This document shows, piece by piece, positions 54,622 to 64,000 of a stretch of DNA of 64,000 nt (position 1 is the first letter of the stretch; every line of letters begins with the position of its first letter). The notes under the pieces are model-generated. The model saw only the letters and a program-made list of their open reading frames with translations. It was not told the DNA's origin and did not search any database. The position numbers and the translations under genes are program-made. The stretch covers positions 362 through 64,361 of the forward strand of contig CAVSFZ010000013.1 of NCBI GenBank assembly GCA_963727235.1, in the 5' to 3' direction. Origin of the DNA: an uncultured Actinomycetes bacterium (lineage in GTDB: Bacteria; Actinomycetota; Thermoleophilia; Gaiellales; JAICJC01).

Positions 54622-57396
54622 CTAGAACCCGCCGGAGGCGAACCGCGCGGCCAGCTCGGTACGCGACCGCACCCCGAGCTTCGCATAGACCCTGGTCAGG
54701 CTCGACTCCACCGCACGCACGCTCACGAACAGCTCGGCCGCCACCTCGCGGTTGGCGAGTCCGTCGGCCACGAGCCTGGCCACCCGCTCCTCAGTCGGCG
54801 TCAGCGTGCTCGAGGACTGCCGACCGCCGACCCGTCGCAGCTCGGCCGCGGCCGTGGCCGCCCACGTGTCGGCGCCGCAGCCGGCGAAGATCCCATGTGC
54901 CTCGGTGAGCCGCGCCCGGGCCGCTCCGCGGCGCTTGAAGCGGCGGTCGGCGACTCCGCGCACGAGCAGCGTGCGGGCCCGCTCGAACTCGCTGGCCACC
55001 GCGACGTGGAGCTCTTCTGCGGCGTCGAACGCCTCCACCGCCGCAAACTCGTCCCCGGCGGCGGCCGCCACAATCCCTTGGCAGCGGGCACCCAGGGCCG
55101 CCGCCCACGGGCTCTCGAGCCTGAGGCCGAGCTGCGCGAGCCGGTCGGCATACTCGGCGGCCAGGTCGAGTTCCCCTGTCCCAGCGAGCGCCTCGACGGC
55201 GTTGGGCAGCGCTGGACACCAGCTGGGCTCGTGAAAGCCACGCTCTTCCATCTCGGGCGGCACGGTGCGCAGGTGGGCCGCGGCAGCGTGGTGATCTCCC
55301 ACCGAGAGCTCGGTGATTCCGAGGACGACGCGGTTTTGCATTGCAAACGCGACGTCGTATACCGCCTGCGCCGTGCGCACGCCCAGGCCGGCACGGTCTC
55401 TGGCCGAGGCGGGGTCTCCCACGTGCGCATCGACCAGCGCACTCGCGTACAGCGCTCTCGCGTGGTCATGCAGATTGCTGCCGGCGAGCTCGGTCAACTC
55501 GAGCTGCTCATCCGCATACCCTCGCGCCGCCGCGAAATCTCCTGCACGACATTCCGCCTCGACCATATGGAGCAGGATGCCGACGCGGCTAGTGTCGTCG
55601 CCAAGTGCTTCGGCCCGCAGGTATGCGACTCGAAGCAGGGCGAGCGCTTCGTCAAGCTGCTCGTAGTACATGCGCGCGCACCCGGCCGAAACAGCCGGCT
55701 GCCAGGCGGGGAAAACCCCTTCGCAATCGAGCGCGAGCGCCTCGTCCACGGCTGCCCTGGGCACCCGCACACCTCCCAGCGTTTCGACGAGGATCCACGT
55801 GAATGCCGCGGCCGCAAGCTGTGCGGACGACCCGAATTCACGGGCGAGCTCAAGCTCGCGGGCGGCATGCATCCGGCCTTCATCCAGCGCGCCGACGACC
55901 AGGCAGTGCACCCCGAGCACCGACCGGATCCCGATCTCCCGGGACGGATCGCCGCCGGCACGGCGAAGCGCCATCTCCAGCAGCCGCCCGCCAGTGGCGA
56001 GATCATCGGCTCGTGCGTGCCACATCAGCATCAGCGCCTCGATGGGAACGCCTTCGAACCCGAGTTCGTCGAACAGCGGCTCCAGGAGTTCCCGTGCACG
56101 GTCGGGTGCTCCAGCTCTGATCATCAGGTCGGCCGCCCGACACCGACGCCGGATGATCGCGTCTGACTCGCCGGGGGTCGAGCGATCGATCGCGAGCTCG
56201 AGCATTTCCGCGGCGATGACCGGCGCACCCCGGCCGGCCGCGTGTTTCGCGCCTTCCTCGAGTCCCGCCGCGACCTCTGCCGACTGACCGGCGACGGCCA
56301 GAGCCTGGTGTCTCACCCGGTCGACGGGATCGACGGCGAGATGCGCGAGCCGCGCGTGGAGATCGCGCAGCTCGGATTCCGAGGCGGTGGCCAGCGCACC
56401 CTCGGCGAGGAGAGGGTGGTCGAATCGCAGGCCGTCGCGATCGACGAGTACCCCGGCATCCACCGCCTCTCCAACCCCGCGCTCGCTGCTGATCTGCGCC
56501 ACCAGTCTGCGATCCGAATGCGGCCCGGCCACGGCCGCTGCCCGGCATGCACTGAGGCCTTCCCGATCGAGCGCGTCGAGCCGGCTGCGCACGATGTCTG
56601 TCAGCGACGCCGGGAGCCGCAACCCATCGCCGGCGACGAGCGCGCTGCGATCGCGGATCAGCCCTCGTGCGAGCTCGAGGGCGAAGAATGGATTCCCGCC
56701 TGACACCTCGTGGAGGCGGATCAGCTGTGGAAGCGGGAGGCGCACACCGAGCCGCTCGGCCAGGATCACCTTGATTGCACCCAGGCTCAGTGGGCTGACC
56801 TCCATCACCTCCACCCCGGACGACGCTGATATGCCCCCGACGACCGCGTCTTCGTATCCGGCCCGCCGTGCCATCACGACCGCGAACCTGCCCGTGTGCC
56901 GACGGCGCAACGCATACCGAAGCGCCTGCGCCGAGCCGGCGTCAACCCACTGCATGTCGTCCAACACGACCACCAGCGGCTGCGCGCCACCCGCCGCCTG
57001 AATGATGCCCGCGGTCGCCGCAGCCACCGCCTGCGGTGCCGGCTCAGCACCGTCCTCCTCGTCGACTAGGAGGGCGCGGCCGAGGGCCCGTCGCTGCGGT
57101 GCGGGTAGCCCCGCTGAAAACTCCGCGTAGAGCGGCAGCAACACGTCGCGAAGCACGGTGAACGGCAGCTGCATCTCGACCTGGTCGCCGGAACCGGTTA
57201 CGACCGTGACGCCTCGCCCGCCGAGGGCCCGCATGAGCGCCTCGAGGAGCGTCGACTTTCCGATGCCCGCCTCGCCGGTGAGAACGACTGCCCCTTGGCG
57301 GTTCGGCTCGGCGGCGCTGAGCAGTTGCGCGAGTTGCTCTTCGCGGCCCACGCACAGCACGTCATCAGGAAGATCTTCCCAGGGTCGATCCGGCAT
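54622..57396 (-). CDS. large ATP-binding LuxR-family (LAL/MalT-like) transcriptional regulator
   Basis: 924 aa. N-terminal AAA/P-loop GEAGIGKSTLLEAL and DDMQWVD, a long helical/TPR-like middle, and a C-terminal LuxR HTH (LTPTEERVARLVADGLANREVAAELFVSVRAVESSL). Confidence 0.85.
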   Translation of the reverse strand: MPDRPWEDLPDDVLCVGREEQLAQLLSAAEPNRQGAVVLTGEAGIGKSTLLEALMRALGGRGVTVVTGSGDQVEMQLPFTVLRDVLLPLYAEFSAGLPAPQRRALGRALLVDEEDGAEPAPQAVAAATAGIIQAAGGAQPLVVVLDDMQWVDAGSAQALRYALRRRHTGRFAVVMARRAGYEDAVVGGISASSGVEVMEVSPLSLGAIKVILAERLGVRLPLPQLIRLHEVSGGNPFFALELARGLIRDRSALVAGDGLRLPASLTDIVRSRLDALDREGLSACRAAAVAGPHSDRRLVAQISSERGVGEAVDAGVLVDRDGLRFDHPLLAEGALATASESELRDLHARLAHLAVDPVDRVRHQALAVAGQSAEVAAGLEEGAKHAAGRGAPVIAAEMLELAIDRSTPGESDAIIRRRCRAADLMIRAGAPDRARELLEPLFDELGFEGVPIEALMLMWHARADDLATGGRLLEMALRRAGGDPSREIGIRSVLGVHCLVVGALDEGRMHAARELELAREFGSSAQLAAAAFTWILVETLGGVRVPRAAVDEALALDCEGVFPAWQPAVSAGCARMYYEQLDEALALLRVAYLRAEALGDDTSRVGILLHMVEAECRAGDFAAARGYADEQLELTELAGSNLHDHARALYASALVDAHVGDPASARDRAGLGVRTAQAVYDVAFAMQNRVVLGITELSVGDHHAAAAHLRTVPPEMEERGFHEPSWCPALPNAVEALAGTGELDLAAEYADRLAQLGLRLESPWAAALGARCQGIVAAAAGDEFAAVEAFDAAEELHVAVASEFERARTLLVRGVADRRFKRRGAARARLTEAHGIFAGCGADTWAATAAAELRRVGGRQSSSTLTPTEERVARLVADGLANREVAAELFVSVRAVESSLTRVYAKLGVRSRTELAARFASGGF

Positions 57397-57456
57397 TTCC
57401 GCGACCTACCCTACTGGCAACGGTGGCCCAAACGGCCGAGGACTTGGAGGAAGAAA

Positions 57457-57750
57457 ATGCCGGAGTACGTGATTCTGCTGAACTGGACCGAGCAGGGCGT
57501 GGCCAACGTCAAAGACACGGTCAGCCGCTACCGAGCCGCCAAGCAGCTACTCGAGAGCAAGGGCGGCTCGTTCGATGCGGTCGCATGGACTGAGGGCCCG
57601 TACGACCTCGTCGCGATGGTGACCGTGCCCGACGAGGAGATTGGCGTGGCGTTCAATCTCCAGCTCGCTGCCTCGGGCAACCTCCGGACCACGACGATGC
57701 GCGCCCACGGCGAGGATGCCATGGCCCGCATCCTCGACAAGATGGACTAG
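57457..57750 (+). CDS. GYD-domain protein
   Basis: 97 aa from ATG 57457 after GGAGG. MPEYVILLNWTEQGV...EGPYDLVAMV... Confidence 0.8.
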   Translation: MPEYVILLNWTEQGVANVKDTVSRYRAAKQLLESKGGSFDAVAWTEGPYDLVAMVTVPDEEIGVAFNLQLAASGNLRTTTMRAHGEDAMARILDKMD

Positions 57751-57899
57751 GCGACCCGCCCTCGGCCGTTATGGCTTGCCCGCGTCCGGTGAACGGGTGA
57801 GTCGAGGATCTGGGTTGGTGATCAGCCAGCGCGGCTCCGAGCCTCGCTCGGCCCGCTGAGTCATTACAACGACGATCTCACCGATGGTAAGGTCGGCGT

Positions 57900-59417
57900 G
57901 TGAGGGTTCACGTTCTGTTGGGGGTAGCTGCGGTGTTCGCGTGCCTCACCGTGCCCGGTGGAGCCGCACGCGCCGCCGCTCCAGCCGCCTCGAATCACCC
58001 GACGCGTGGCGTCACGATCAAGGTCGCGCAGTTCAACTGCGACATCTCCGATGAATACCCGATCATCCCGGCCTCGATGGTCGCCAATGCCATTCGGGCC
58101 AGCGACGCCGATGTGGTCGGGCTCGAGGAGGGCGGCGGGGAGGTGCGCCAAGTCGCCGACGCACTCGGGTGGCGTTACTACGACGTGCGCATGCAGATCG
58201 TGTCGCGGCTGCCCCTGATCGACCCTCCGGACGGGAACGGCGTGTACACGTACGTGCGGGTATCGCCCGGCCGCGTGGTGGCGTTCGAAAATGTGCATCT
58301 GCCTTCTGATCCGTACGGCCCATCGTGGGTGGAGCAGGGCAAGACGCTGGCACAGGTGCTGGCGCTGGAGCGGCGCGCCCGACTGCCCGCAATCCAAGCC
58401 CAACTCGCGGCTGCTCGGCGCCTCCGTGCACAGGGGATGCCGATCTTTCTCACAGGTGACTTCAACTCGCCCTCGTTCCACGACTGGACGACCGCCACCG
58501 TCGGAACCCGACCGCAGATCCGGTACCCGGTGCGGTGGCCGGTCACCGCGGCCGTCGAGAATACGGGCTTCGTCGACTCGTATCGAGCGGTGCATCCCAA
58601 CCCGGTGACGAACCCGGGACTCACATGGCCGACGCACCGAACGCTCAAAGGTGTCGAGAACTTCGACACTGATCCCAAGGATCGAGTCGACTTCGTGTTC
58701 GCTGCAGGACCGAAGGCGAAGGCCAGCAAGATTATCGGTGAGCCCGGAGCCCCCGGCATCTCGGCCGCGGTCTCACCCTGGCCCTCGGATCACCGTCTGG
58801 TCGTGTCGACGTTCACGACGCGAGGGGCGACGCCACCCACGCTGGTAACGGTGCCGCAGAGGCGCGTCATCGTGGGTGACCCTGTGCCCGTCTCGTTCCG
58901 CACCCCAGGTACAGCCGTCCGGGTCTCGATCGAGCGCCTGCAGCACGGCGTGGGCACCGTGGTGGCACATCGATCCATCGGCTCGACGAGTGCACATGCA
59001 ATCGGCACGGTGCGCTTCTCGAGCGCGGGTTGGGCTCCAGGCGCGTATCAGGCGGTGTTGCGAACCGCCCACCGGCGCGCACTCTCGCGATTTCGGTTCT
59101 GGGTGGTCGTTCAGGGCGCGAAGGCATTCGTACGGACATCGCAGTCGAGTTATGCCCACGGTCAGCCGATCACCGTGACCGTCGGCAACGCTCCAGGTGA
59201 TCGCTGGGACTGGCTTGGTGTCTACTCCCGCGGTGCCAACCCAAACGTCGCGTACTACCTGTTATGGGTCTACACGAAGTCGGCTATCCAAGGCCGGTTC
59301 AAGCTCGGGCCTGCAGCCAACGGACCCTGGCCGTTGCCGGCCGGCCGCTACAGCGTGTATCTGCTTCGAGACGACCTGTACGTGAAGATCGCGCGAGCGG
59401 ACTTCACCGTCCGCTGA
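57900..59417 (+). CDS. secreted endonuclease/exonuclease/phosphatase (EEP) family protein with two C-terminal Ig-like domains, copy 1
   Basis: Signal peptide, then VAQFNC, VVGLEE, FLTGDFNSPS, DFVFA, SDHRLV. Confidence 0.8.
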   Translation: MRVHVLLGVAAVFACLTVPGGAARAAAPAASNHPTRGVTIKVAQFNCDISDEYPIIPASMVANAIRASDADVVGLEEGGGEVRQVADALGWRYYDVRMQIVSRLPLIDPPDGNGVYTYVRVSPGRVVAFENVHLPSDPYGPSWVEQGKTLAQVLALERRARLPAIQAQLAAARRLRAQGMPIFLTGDFNSPSFHDWTTATVGTRPQIRYPVRWPVTAAVENTGFVDSYRAVHPNPVTNPGLTWPTHRTLKGVENFDTDPKDRVDFVFAAGPKAKASKIIGEPGAPGISAAVSPWPSDHRLVVSTFTTRGATPPTLVTVPQRRVIVGDPVPVSFRTPGTAVRVSIERLQHGVGTVVAHRSIGSTSAHAIGTVRFSSAGWAPGAYQAVLRTAHRRALSRFRFWVVVQGAKAFVRTSQSSYAHGQPITVTVGNAPGDRWDWLGVYSRGANPNVAYYLLWVYTKSAIQGRFKLGPAANGPWPLPAGRYSVYLLRDDLYVKIARADFTVR

Positions 59418-59441
59418 TCAGGCCCAACCGAGCCATGCGGC

Positions 59442-60248
59442 TCAATCACGGTCTCCTTCCGGGCTTCGCTGGGAGCGTCGCAGGCGGATGGCGTTGAGGT
59501 CGTGCTCGTGGACGTAATCGCTTTGCGCAGCGAGGGCGTCAAGGTCGGCGTCGTGCTCGGCGTGAAGATAGCGTCCGAAAAGGGCATCGGCTCTACCCTC
59601 TGCCAGGCCGCGAATCAGCCGCGGCGCAGCCTCTGGCGGCGTCCACGGCGAATCGTCAGCAAGATCACGTGTCATGGCCGATCGGACGAGTCCCGGCGAC
59701 ACTGCAAACGCAAACACGTTGTGCTCAACCACCTCTGCCGCGAGCAACTCGGTGAACCGAGACAACGCCGCTTTGCTGGCTGGGTAGCTCGTGTCGCGCG
59801 CATTTGCCGGCAGGGTTGGGAGGTACGCAGCGCCACTGGTCATGTTGACGATGCGCCCCCGCCGACGCACGATCATCGCCGGCAGCACCGCACGGCAGCA
59901 CAACTGCGGCCCACGCACATTGATCTCAAAAACCCGCCACCACTCCCCGGGGTCATGCGCCCAAAACGGTTCAGCTGCGCCCATCACCGCGGCGTTATTC
60001 ACCAACAGGTCGATCGCGCCCAAACGAGTCGTTGTCTCCGCGATCCACCGATCAACGTCCTGCGGCCGTGACACGTCGCCCACCAGCGCCAACCCGCCGA
60101 CCCGCTCCGCAACCTCGTCGACCCGAGCACGAGTACGTCCCGCGACGGCCACGCGCATCCCCGCCGAGGCAAGTTCCGCGGCGATCCCGGCGCCGATACC
60201 ACCGCCACCGCCGGTAACCAGGCAAACCTGACCATCCAAAGCGCCCAC
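59442..60248 (-). CDS. short-chain dehydrogenase/reductase, copy 1
   Basis: VTGGGGGIGAGIA, NNAA, YPASK. Confidence 0.9.
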   Translation of the reverse strand: MGALDGQVCLVTGGGGGIGAGIAAELASAGMRVAVAGRTRARVDEVAERVGGLALVGDVSRPQDVDRWIAETTTRLGAIDLLVNNAAVMGAAEPFWAHDPGEWWRVFEINVRGPQLCCRAVLPAMIVRRRGRIVNMTSGAAYLPTLPANARDTSYPASKAALSRFTELLAAEVVEHNVFAFAVSPGLVRSAMTRDLADDSPWTPPEAAPRLIRGLAEGRADALFGRYLHAEHDADLDALAAQSDYVHEHDLNAIRLRRSQRSPEGDRD

Positions 60249-60423
60249 ACACCAACCCTACACAGCATCAAAGCCACGAGGCTCGCGATGAGGTTCCCCC
60301 GTTTCTCCGGACAGTATTGGGCTTGGCGGCCACGCCGTCGGTCTGGAGAAGAGAAGCGAGATGCGACCGCGGTTTCAGCGGCCGTATCGTGGGACCACCT
60401 CGGCGTTCGCACTAATCAGGAAA

Positions 60424-60462
60424 TAGCGGGGGCAGGATTCGAACCTGCGACCTTCGGGTTAT
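60424..60462 (-). pseudogene. 3' half of tRNA-fMet (anticodon positions 35-36 to discriminator) left at the duplication junction
   Basis: Identical to 63022-63060. It is followed by the start of unit 2 instead of the tRNA 5' half. Confidence 0.9.
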
Positions 60463-60497
60463 TACAACGACGATCTCACCGATGGTAAGGTCGGCGT

Positions 60498-62015
60498 GTG
60501 AGGGTTCACGTTCTGCTGGGGGTAGCTGCGGTGTTCGCGTGCCTCACCCTGCCCGGTGGGGCCGCACGCGCCGCCGCTCCAGCCGCCTCGAATCACCCGA
60601 CGCGTGGCGTCACGATCAAGGTCGCGCAGTTCAACTGCGACATCTCCGATGAATACCCGATCATCCCGGCCTCGATGGTCGCCAATGCCATTCGGGCCAG
60701 CGGCGCCGATGTGGTCGGGCTCGAGGAGGGCGGCGGGGAGGTGCGCCAAGTTGCCGACGCACTCGGGTGGCGCTACTACGACGTGCGCATGCAGATCGTG
60801 TCGCGGCTGCCCCTGATCGACCCTCCGGACGGGAACGGCGTGTACACGTACGTGCGGGTATCGCCCGGCCGCGTGGTGGCGTTCGAAAATGTGCATCTGC
60901 CTTCTGATCCGTACGGCCCATCGTGGGTGGAGCAGGGCAAGACGCTGGCACAGGTGCTGGCGCTGGAGCGGCGCGCCCGACTGCCCGCAATCCAAGCCCA
61001 ACTCGCGGCTGCTCGGCGCCTCCGTGCACAGGGGATGCCGATCTTTCTCACAGGTGACTTCAACTCGCCCTCGTTCCACGACTGGACGACCGCCACCGTC
61101 GGAACCCGACCGCAGATCCGGTACCCGGTGCGGTGGCCGGTCACCGCGGCCGTCGAGAATACGGGCTTCGTCGACTCGTATCGAGCGGTGCATCCCAACC
61201 CGGTGACGAACCCGGGACTCACATGGCCGACGCACCGAACGCTCAAAGGTGTCGAGAACTTCGACACTGATCCCAAGGATCGAGTCGACTTCGTGTTCGC
61301 TGCAGGACCGAAGGCGAAGGCCAGCAAGATTATCGGTGAGCCCGGAGCCCCCGGCATCTCGGCCGCGGTCTCACCCTGGCCCTCGGATCACCGTCTGGTC
61401 GTGTCGACGTTCACGACGCGAGGGGCGACGCCACCCACGCTGGTAACGGTGCCGCAGAGGCGCGTCATCGTGGGTGACCCTGTGCCCGTCTCGTTCCGCA
61501 CCCCAGGTACAGCCGTCCGGGTCTCGATCGAGCGCCTGCAGCACGGCGTGGGCACCGTGGTGGCACATCGATCCATCGGCTCGACGAGTGCACATGCAAT
61601 CGGCACGGTGCGCTTCTCGAGCGCGGGTTGGGCTCCAGGCGCGTATCAGGCGGTGTTGCGAACCGCCCACCGGCGCGCACTCTCGCGATTTCGGTTCTGG
61701 GTGGTCGTTCAGGGCGCGAAGGCATTCGTACGGACATCGCAGTCGAGTTATGCCCACGGTCAGCCGATCACCGTGACCGTCGGCAACGCTCCAGGTGATC
61801 GCTGGGACTGGCTTGGTGTCTACTCCCGCGGTGCCAACCCAAACGTCGCGTACTACCTGTTATGGGTCTACACGAAGTCGGCTATCCAAGGCCGGTTCAA
61901 GCTCGGGCCTGCAGCCAACGGACCCTGGCCGTTGCCGGCCGGCCGCTACAGCGTGTATCTGCTTCGAGACGACCTGTACGTGAAGATCGCGCGAGCGGAC
62001 TTCACCGTCCGCTGA
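60498..62015 (+). CDS. EEP-family secreted protein, copy 2
   Basis: 505 aa. Differs from copy 1 at 2 residues (V18L, D69G) plus 4 synonymous sites, all within the first 276 nt. Confidence 0.8.
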   Translation: MRVHVLLGVAAVFACLTLPGGAARAAAPAASNHPTRGVTIKVAQFNCDISDEYPIIPASMVANAIRASGADVVGLEEGGGEVRQVADALGWRYYDVRMQIVSRLPLIDPPDGNGVYTYVRVSPGRVVAFENVHLPSDPYGPSWVEQGKTLAQVLALERRARLPAIQAQLAAARRLRAQGMPIFLTGDFNSPSFHDWTTATVGTRPQIRYPVRWPVTAAVENTGFVDSYRAVHPNPVTNPGLTWPTHRTLKGVENFDTDPKDRVDFVFAAGPKAKASKIIGEPGAPGISAAVSPWPSDHRLVVSTFTTRGATPPTLVTVPQRRVIVGDPVPVSFRTPGTAVRVSIERLQHGVGTVVAHRSIGSTSAHAIGTVRFSSAGWAPGAYQAVLRTAHRRALSRFRFWVVVQGAKAFVRTSQSSYAHGQPITVTVGNAPGDRWDWLGVYSRGANPNVAYYLLWVYTKSAIQGRFKLGPAANGPWPLPAGRYSVYLLRDDLYVKIARADFTVR

Positions 62016-62039
62016 TCAGGCCCAACCGAGCCATGCGGC

Positions 62040-62846
62040 TCAATCACGGTCTCCTTCCGGGCTTCGCTGGGAGCGTCGCAGGCGGATGGCGTTGAGGTCG
62101 TGCTCGTGGACGTAATCGCTTTGCGCAGCGAGGGCGTCAAGGTCGGCGTCGTGCTCGGCGTGAAGATAGCGTCCGAAAAGAGCATCGGCTCTACCCTCTG
62201 CCAGGCCGCGAATCAGCCGCGGCGCAGCCTCTGGCGGCGTCCACGGCGAATCGTCAGCAAGATCACGTGTCATGGCCGATCGGACGAGGCCCGGCGACAC
62301 TGCAAACGCAAACACGTTGTGCTCAACCACCTCTGCCGCGAGCAACTCGGTGAACCGAGACAACGCCGCTTTGCTGGCTGGGTAGCTCGTGTCGCGCGCA
62401 TTTGCCGGCAGGGTTGGGAGGTACGCAGCGCCACTGGTCATGTTGACGATGCGCCCCCGCCGACGCACGATCATCGCCGGCAGCACCGCACGGCAGCACA
62501 ACTGCGGCCCACGCACATTGATTTCAAAAACCCGCCACCACTCCCCGGGGTCATGCGCCCAAAACGGTTCAGCTGCGCCCATCACCGCGGCGTTATTCAC
62601 CAACAGGTCGATCGCGCCCAAACGAGTCGTTGTCTCCGCGATCCACCGATCAACGTCCTGCGGCCGTGACACGTCGCCCACCAGCGCCAACCCACCGACC
62701 CGCTCCGCAACCTCGTCGACCCGAGCACGAGTACGTCCCGCGACGGCCACGCGCATCCCCGCCGAGGCAAGTTCCGCGGCGATCCCGGCGCCGATACCAC
62801 CGCCACCGCCGGTAACCAGGCAAACCTGACCATCCAAAGCGCCCAC
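62040..62846 (-). CDS. short-chain dehydrogenase/reductase, copy 2
   Basis: Protein identical to copy 1; 4 synonymous nucleotide differences. Confidence 0.9.
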   Translation of the reverse strand: MGALDGQVCLVTGGGGGIGAGIAAELASAGMRVAVAGRTRARVDEVAERVGGLALVGDVSRPQDVDRWIAETTTRLGAIDLLVNNAAVMGAAEPFWAHDPGEWWRVFEINVRGPQLCCRAVLPAMIVRRRGRIVNMTSGAAYLPTLPANARDTSYPASKAALSRFTELLAAEVVEHNVFAFAVSPGLVRSAMTRDLADDSPWTPPEAAPRLIRGLAEGRADALFGRYLHAEHDADLDALAAQSDYVHEHDLNAIRLRRSQRSPEGDRD

Positions 62847-63021
62847 ACACCAACCCTACACAGCATCAAAGCCACGAGGCTCGCGATGAGGTTCCCCCGT
62901 TTCTCCGGACAGTGTTAGGCTTGGCGGCCACGCCGTCGGTCTGGAGAGGAGAAGCGAGATGCGACCGCGGTTTCAGCGGCCGTATCGTGGGACCACCTCG
63001 GCGTTCGCACTAATCAGGAAA

Positions 63022-63095
<74 letters not shown>

Positions 63096-63146
63096 CCGGA
63101 ACCCGAGATTCTACCACAGGGAGCGCCTGTTGATAGCATCCCGCGG

Positions 63147-63461
63147 GTGATCTGGTGGCTGGTGCTGATATGGCTCGTGGTAGTCGGAGTACCTGCCGGC
63201 TACGTCGGTGCGCGCGGCATCAAGACGATGCGCCGCGCCTCCAAGCTCCAGGCCGAGCTGCAGACCCAGATCGCCGCACTGCAGGCCGGCGGGCTGGCGA
63301 CGCTGACCGCCCGCCAGGCGGAGCTCCAGCAGAATCTGGCGCGGCTGACACTGGTGATGAACCGTCTGCACACTTCGCTGGAGACTCTGCGAATGCTGAT
63401 CGACAGGTGGAAGGCGGCAATCGCCCCACTCCGGTTGGCATGGCGGATTCTGCGCGGGTGA
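63147..63461 (+). CDS. small membrane-anchored coiled-coil protein, unknown function
   Basis: 104 aa, GTG start. N-terminal TM IWWLVLIWLVVVGVPAGYV, then heptad-like LQAELQTQIAALQ... Confidence 0.4.
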   Translation: MIWWLVLIWLVVVGVPAGYVGARGIKTMRRASKLQAELQTQIAALQAGGLATLTARQAELQQNLARLTLVMNRLHTSLETLRMLIDRWKAAIAPLRLAWRILRG

Positions 63462-64000
63462 GCACCACCCCGAGCGACGATCACCGCCGTGTCGGTGCGA
63501 TCGACATCGGCACGAACTCGATTCGCCTACTGGTGTGTGATGTGGATGCGGGCGAGCTCACGGAGGTCGAGCGGCTGCTGACGATCACCCGGCTGGGCGA
63601 CGGCGTGGATGCCAGCGGCACGATCAACGACGCCGCCCTCGAGCGCGCCCACACGGCCCTTCACGGCTACGCCCAGCGGGCGGAGCAGTTGAAGGCCGAA
63701 CGCGTGCTGGCGGTCGCCACCAGCGCCGTTCGCGATGCCGCCAACGGACGTGAGTTTCTGGCCGAGATCGAGCGCAGGTACGGCTTCGAGTGCCGGCTCC
63801 TGACCGGCGACGAGGAGGCCCGCACCACCTTCCGCGGAGTCACCTCACGGCGGGCCCCTTCCGAAGGCACGCTGATCTGCGACATCGGCGGCGGCTCCAC
63901 TGAGTTTGTGCTGGGCGACAGCTCCGGGGTGGTCGATCAGATCAGCCTCAACATCGGATGCGTACGCATGTCCGAGCGCTACCTCGACTCCTCCCCGCCC
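63440..64000 (+). CDS. ppx: Ppx/GppA-family exopolyphosphatase, 3' end beyond window
   Basis: My own translation: ...RVGAIDIGTNSIRLLV...AVATSAVRDAANG...ICDIGGGSTEFV. Start is ATG 63440 or GTG 63458 (GTGA overlap with the upstream stop). Open to nt 64000, so not in the track. Confidence 0.85.
   Translation, partial: MADSARVSTTPSDDHRRVGAIDIGTNSIRLLVCDVDAGELTEVERLLTITRLGDGVDASGTINDAALERAHTALHGYAQRAEQLKAERVLAVATSAVRDAANGREFLAEIERRYGFECRLLTGDEEARTTFRGVTSRRAPSEGTLICDIGGGSTEFVLGDSSGVVDQISLNIGCVRMSERYLDSSPP

Overview
High-GC (about 70% by eye) bacterial chromosomal segment. The gene content suggests a monoderm, Actinomycetota-like lineage: an LCP ligase, a CysO/CysM/Mec-type cysteine route, Flp pilins with a G/QTMAEY site, and many 1-8 nt gene overlaps and leaderless-looking starts. 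The taxon cannot be fixed from sequence alone. I support about 65 protein genes, one intact initiator tRNA, one tRNA fragment and several hairpins. I saw no rRNA, CRISPR array, transposase or integrase. Many long ORFs in the track are antisense shadows of real genes, as expected at this GC content, and I rejected them. Layout by coordinate: 0.8-8.4 kb is a co-directional block (YfhO-like, cupredoxin, M48 protease, parA-like, ftsZ, ggt). 8.5-14 kb is ordinary metabolism. 15-17.8 kb is a sulfur-carrier cysteine operon. 20.1-24.3 kb is a small accessory stretch with mazEF, gene fragments and a DUF6325/DUF1269 pair. 24.6-28.1 kb is a response regulator, histidine kinase and degenerate GGDEF operon. 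29.2-43.2 kb is a Tad/Flp pilus region. 44-50.4 kb holds an NHL lipoprotein, a MacB-type ABC transporter and a two-component system. 50.4-57.8 kb holds NlpC/P60, two small operons that share a promoter block, and a large LuxR-family regulator. 57.9-63.1 kb is a 2,598-bp tandem duplication that ends inside a tRNA. Items most worth a second look: (1) The Tad locus has three extracytoplasmic vWA-domain components, including a vWA-TadB fusion and two TadG-vWA paralogs that bracket a GAF-HD-GYP phosphodiesterase. It also has two unlinked flp genes, one too short for the ORF track. No secretin or prepilin peptidase is visible. (2) The tandem duplication has its junction inside the anticodon of tRNA-fMet, and the differences between the copies are mostly synonymous. 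(3) A conserved A+T-rich 29-31 nt perfect palindrome occurs three times at convergent gene ends and contains stop codons of the flanking genes. (4) ftsZ is translationally coupled to an orphan parA-like gene outside any dcw context. (5) A 64-nt promoter/operator block is shared by two operons next to the large LuxR-family regulator. None of these is proven novel; every functional call rests on motif recognition by eye and needs HMM or BLAST confirmation.
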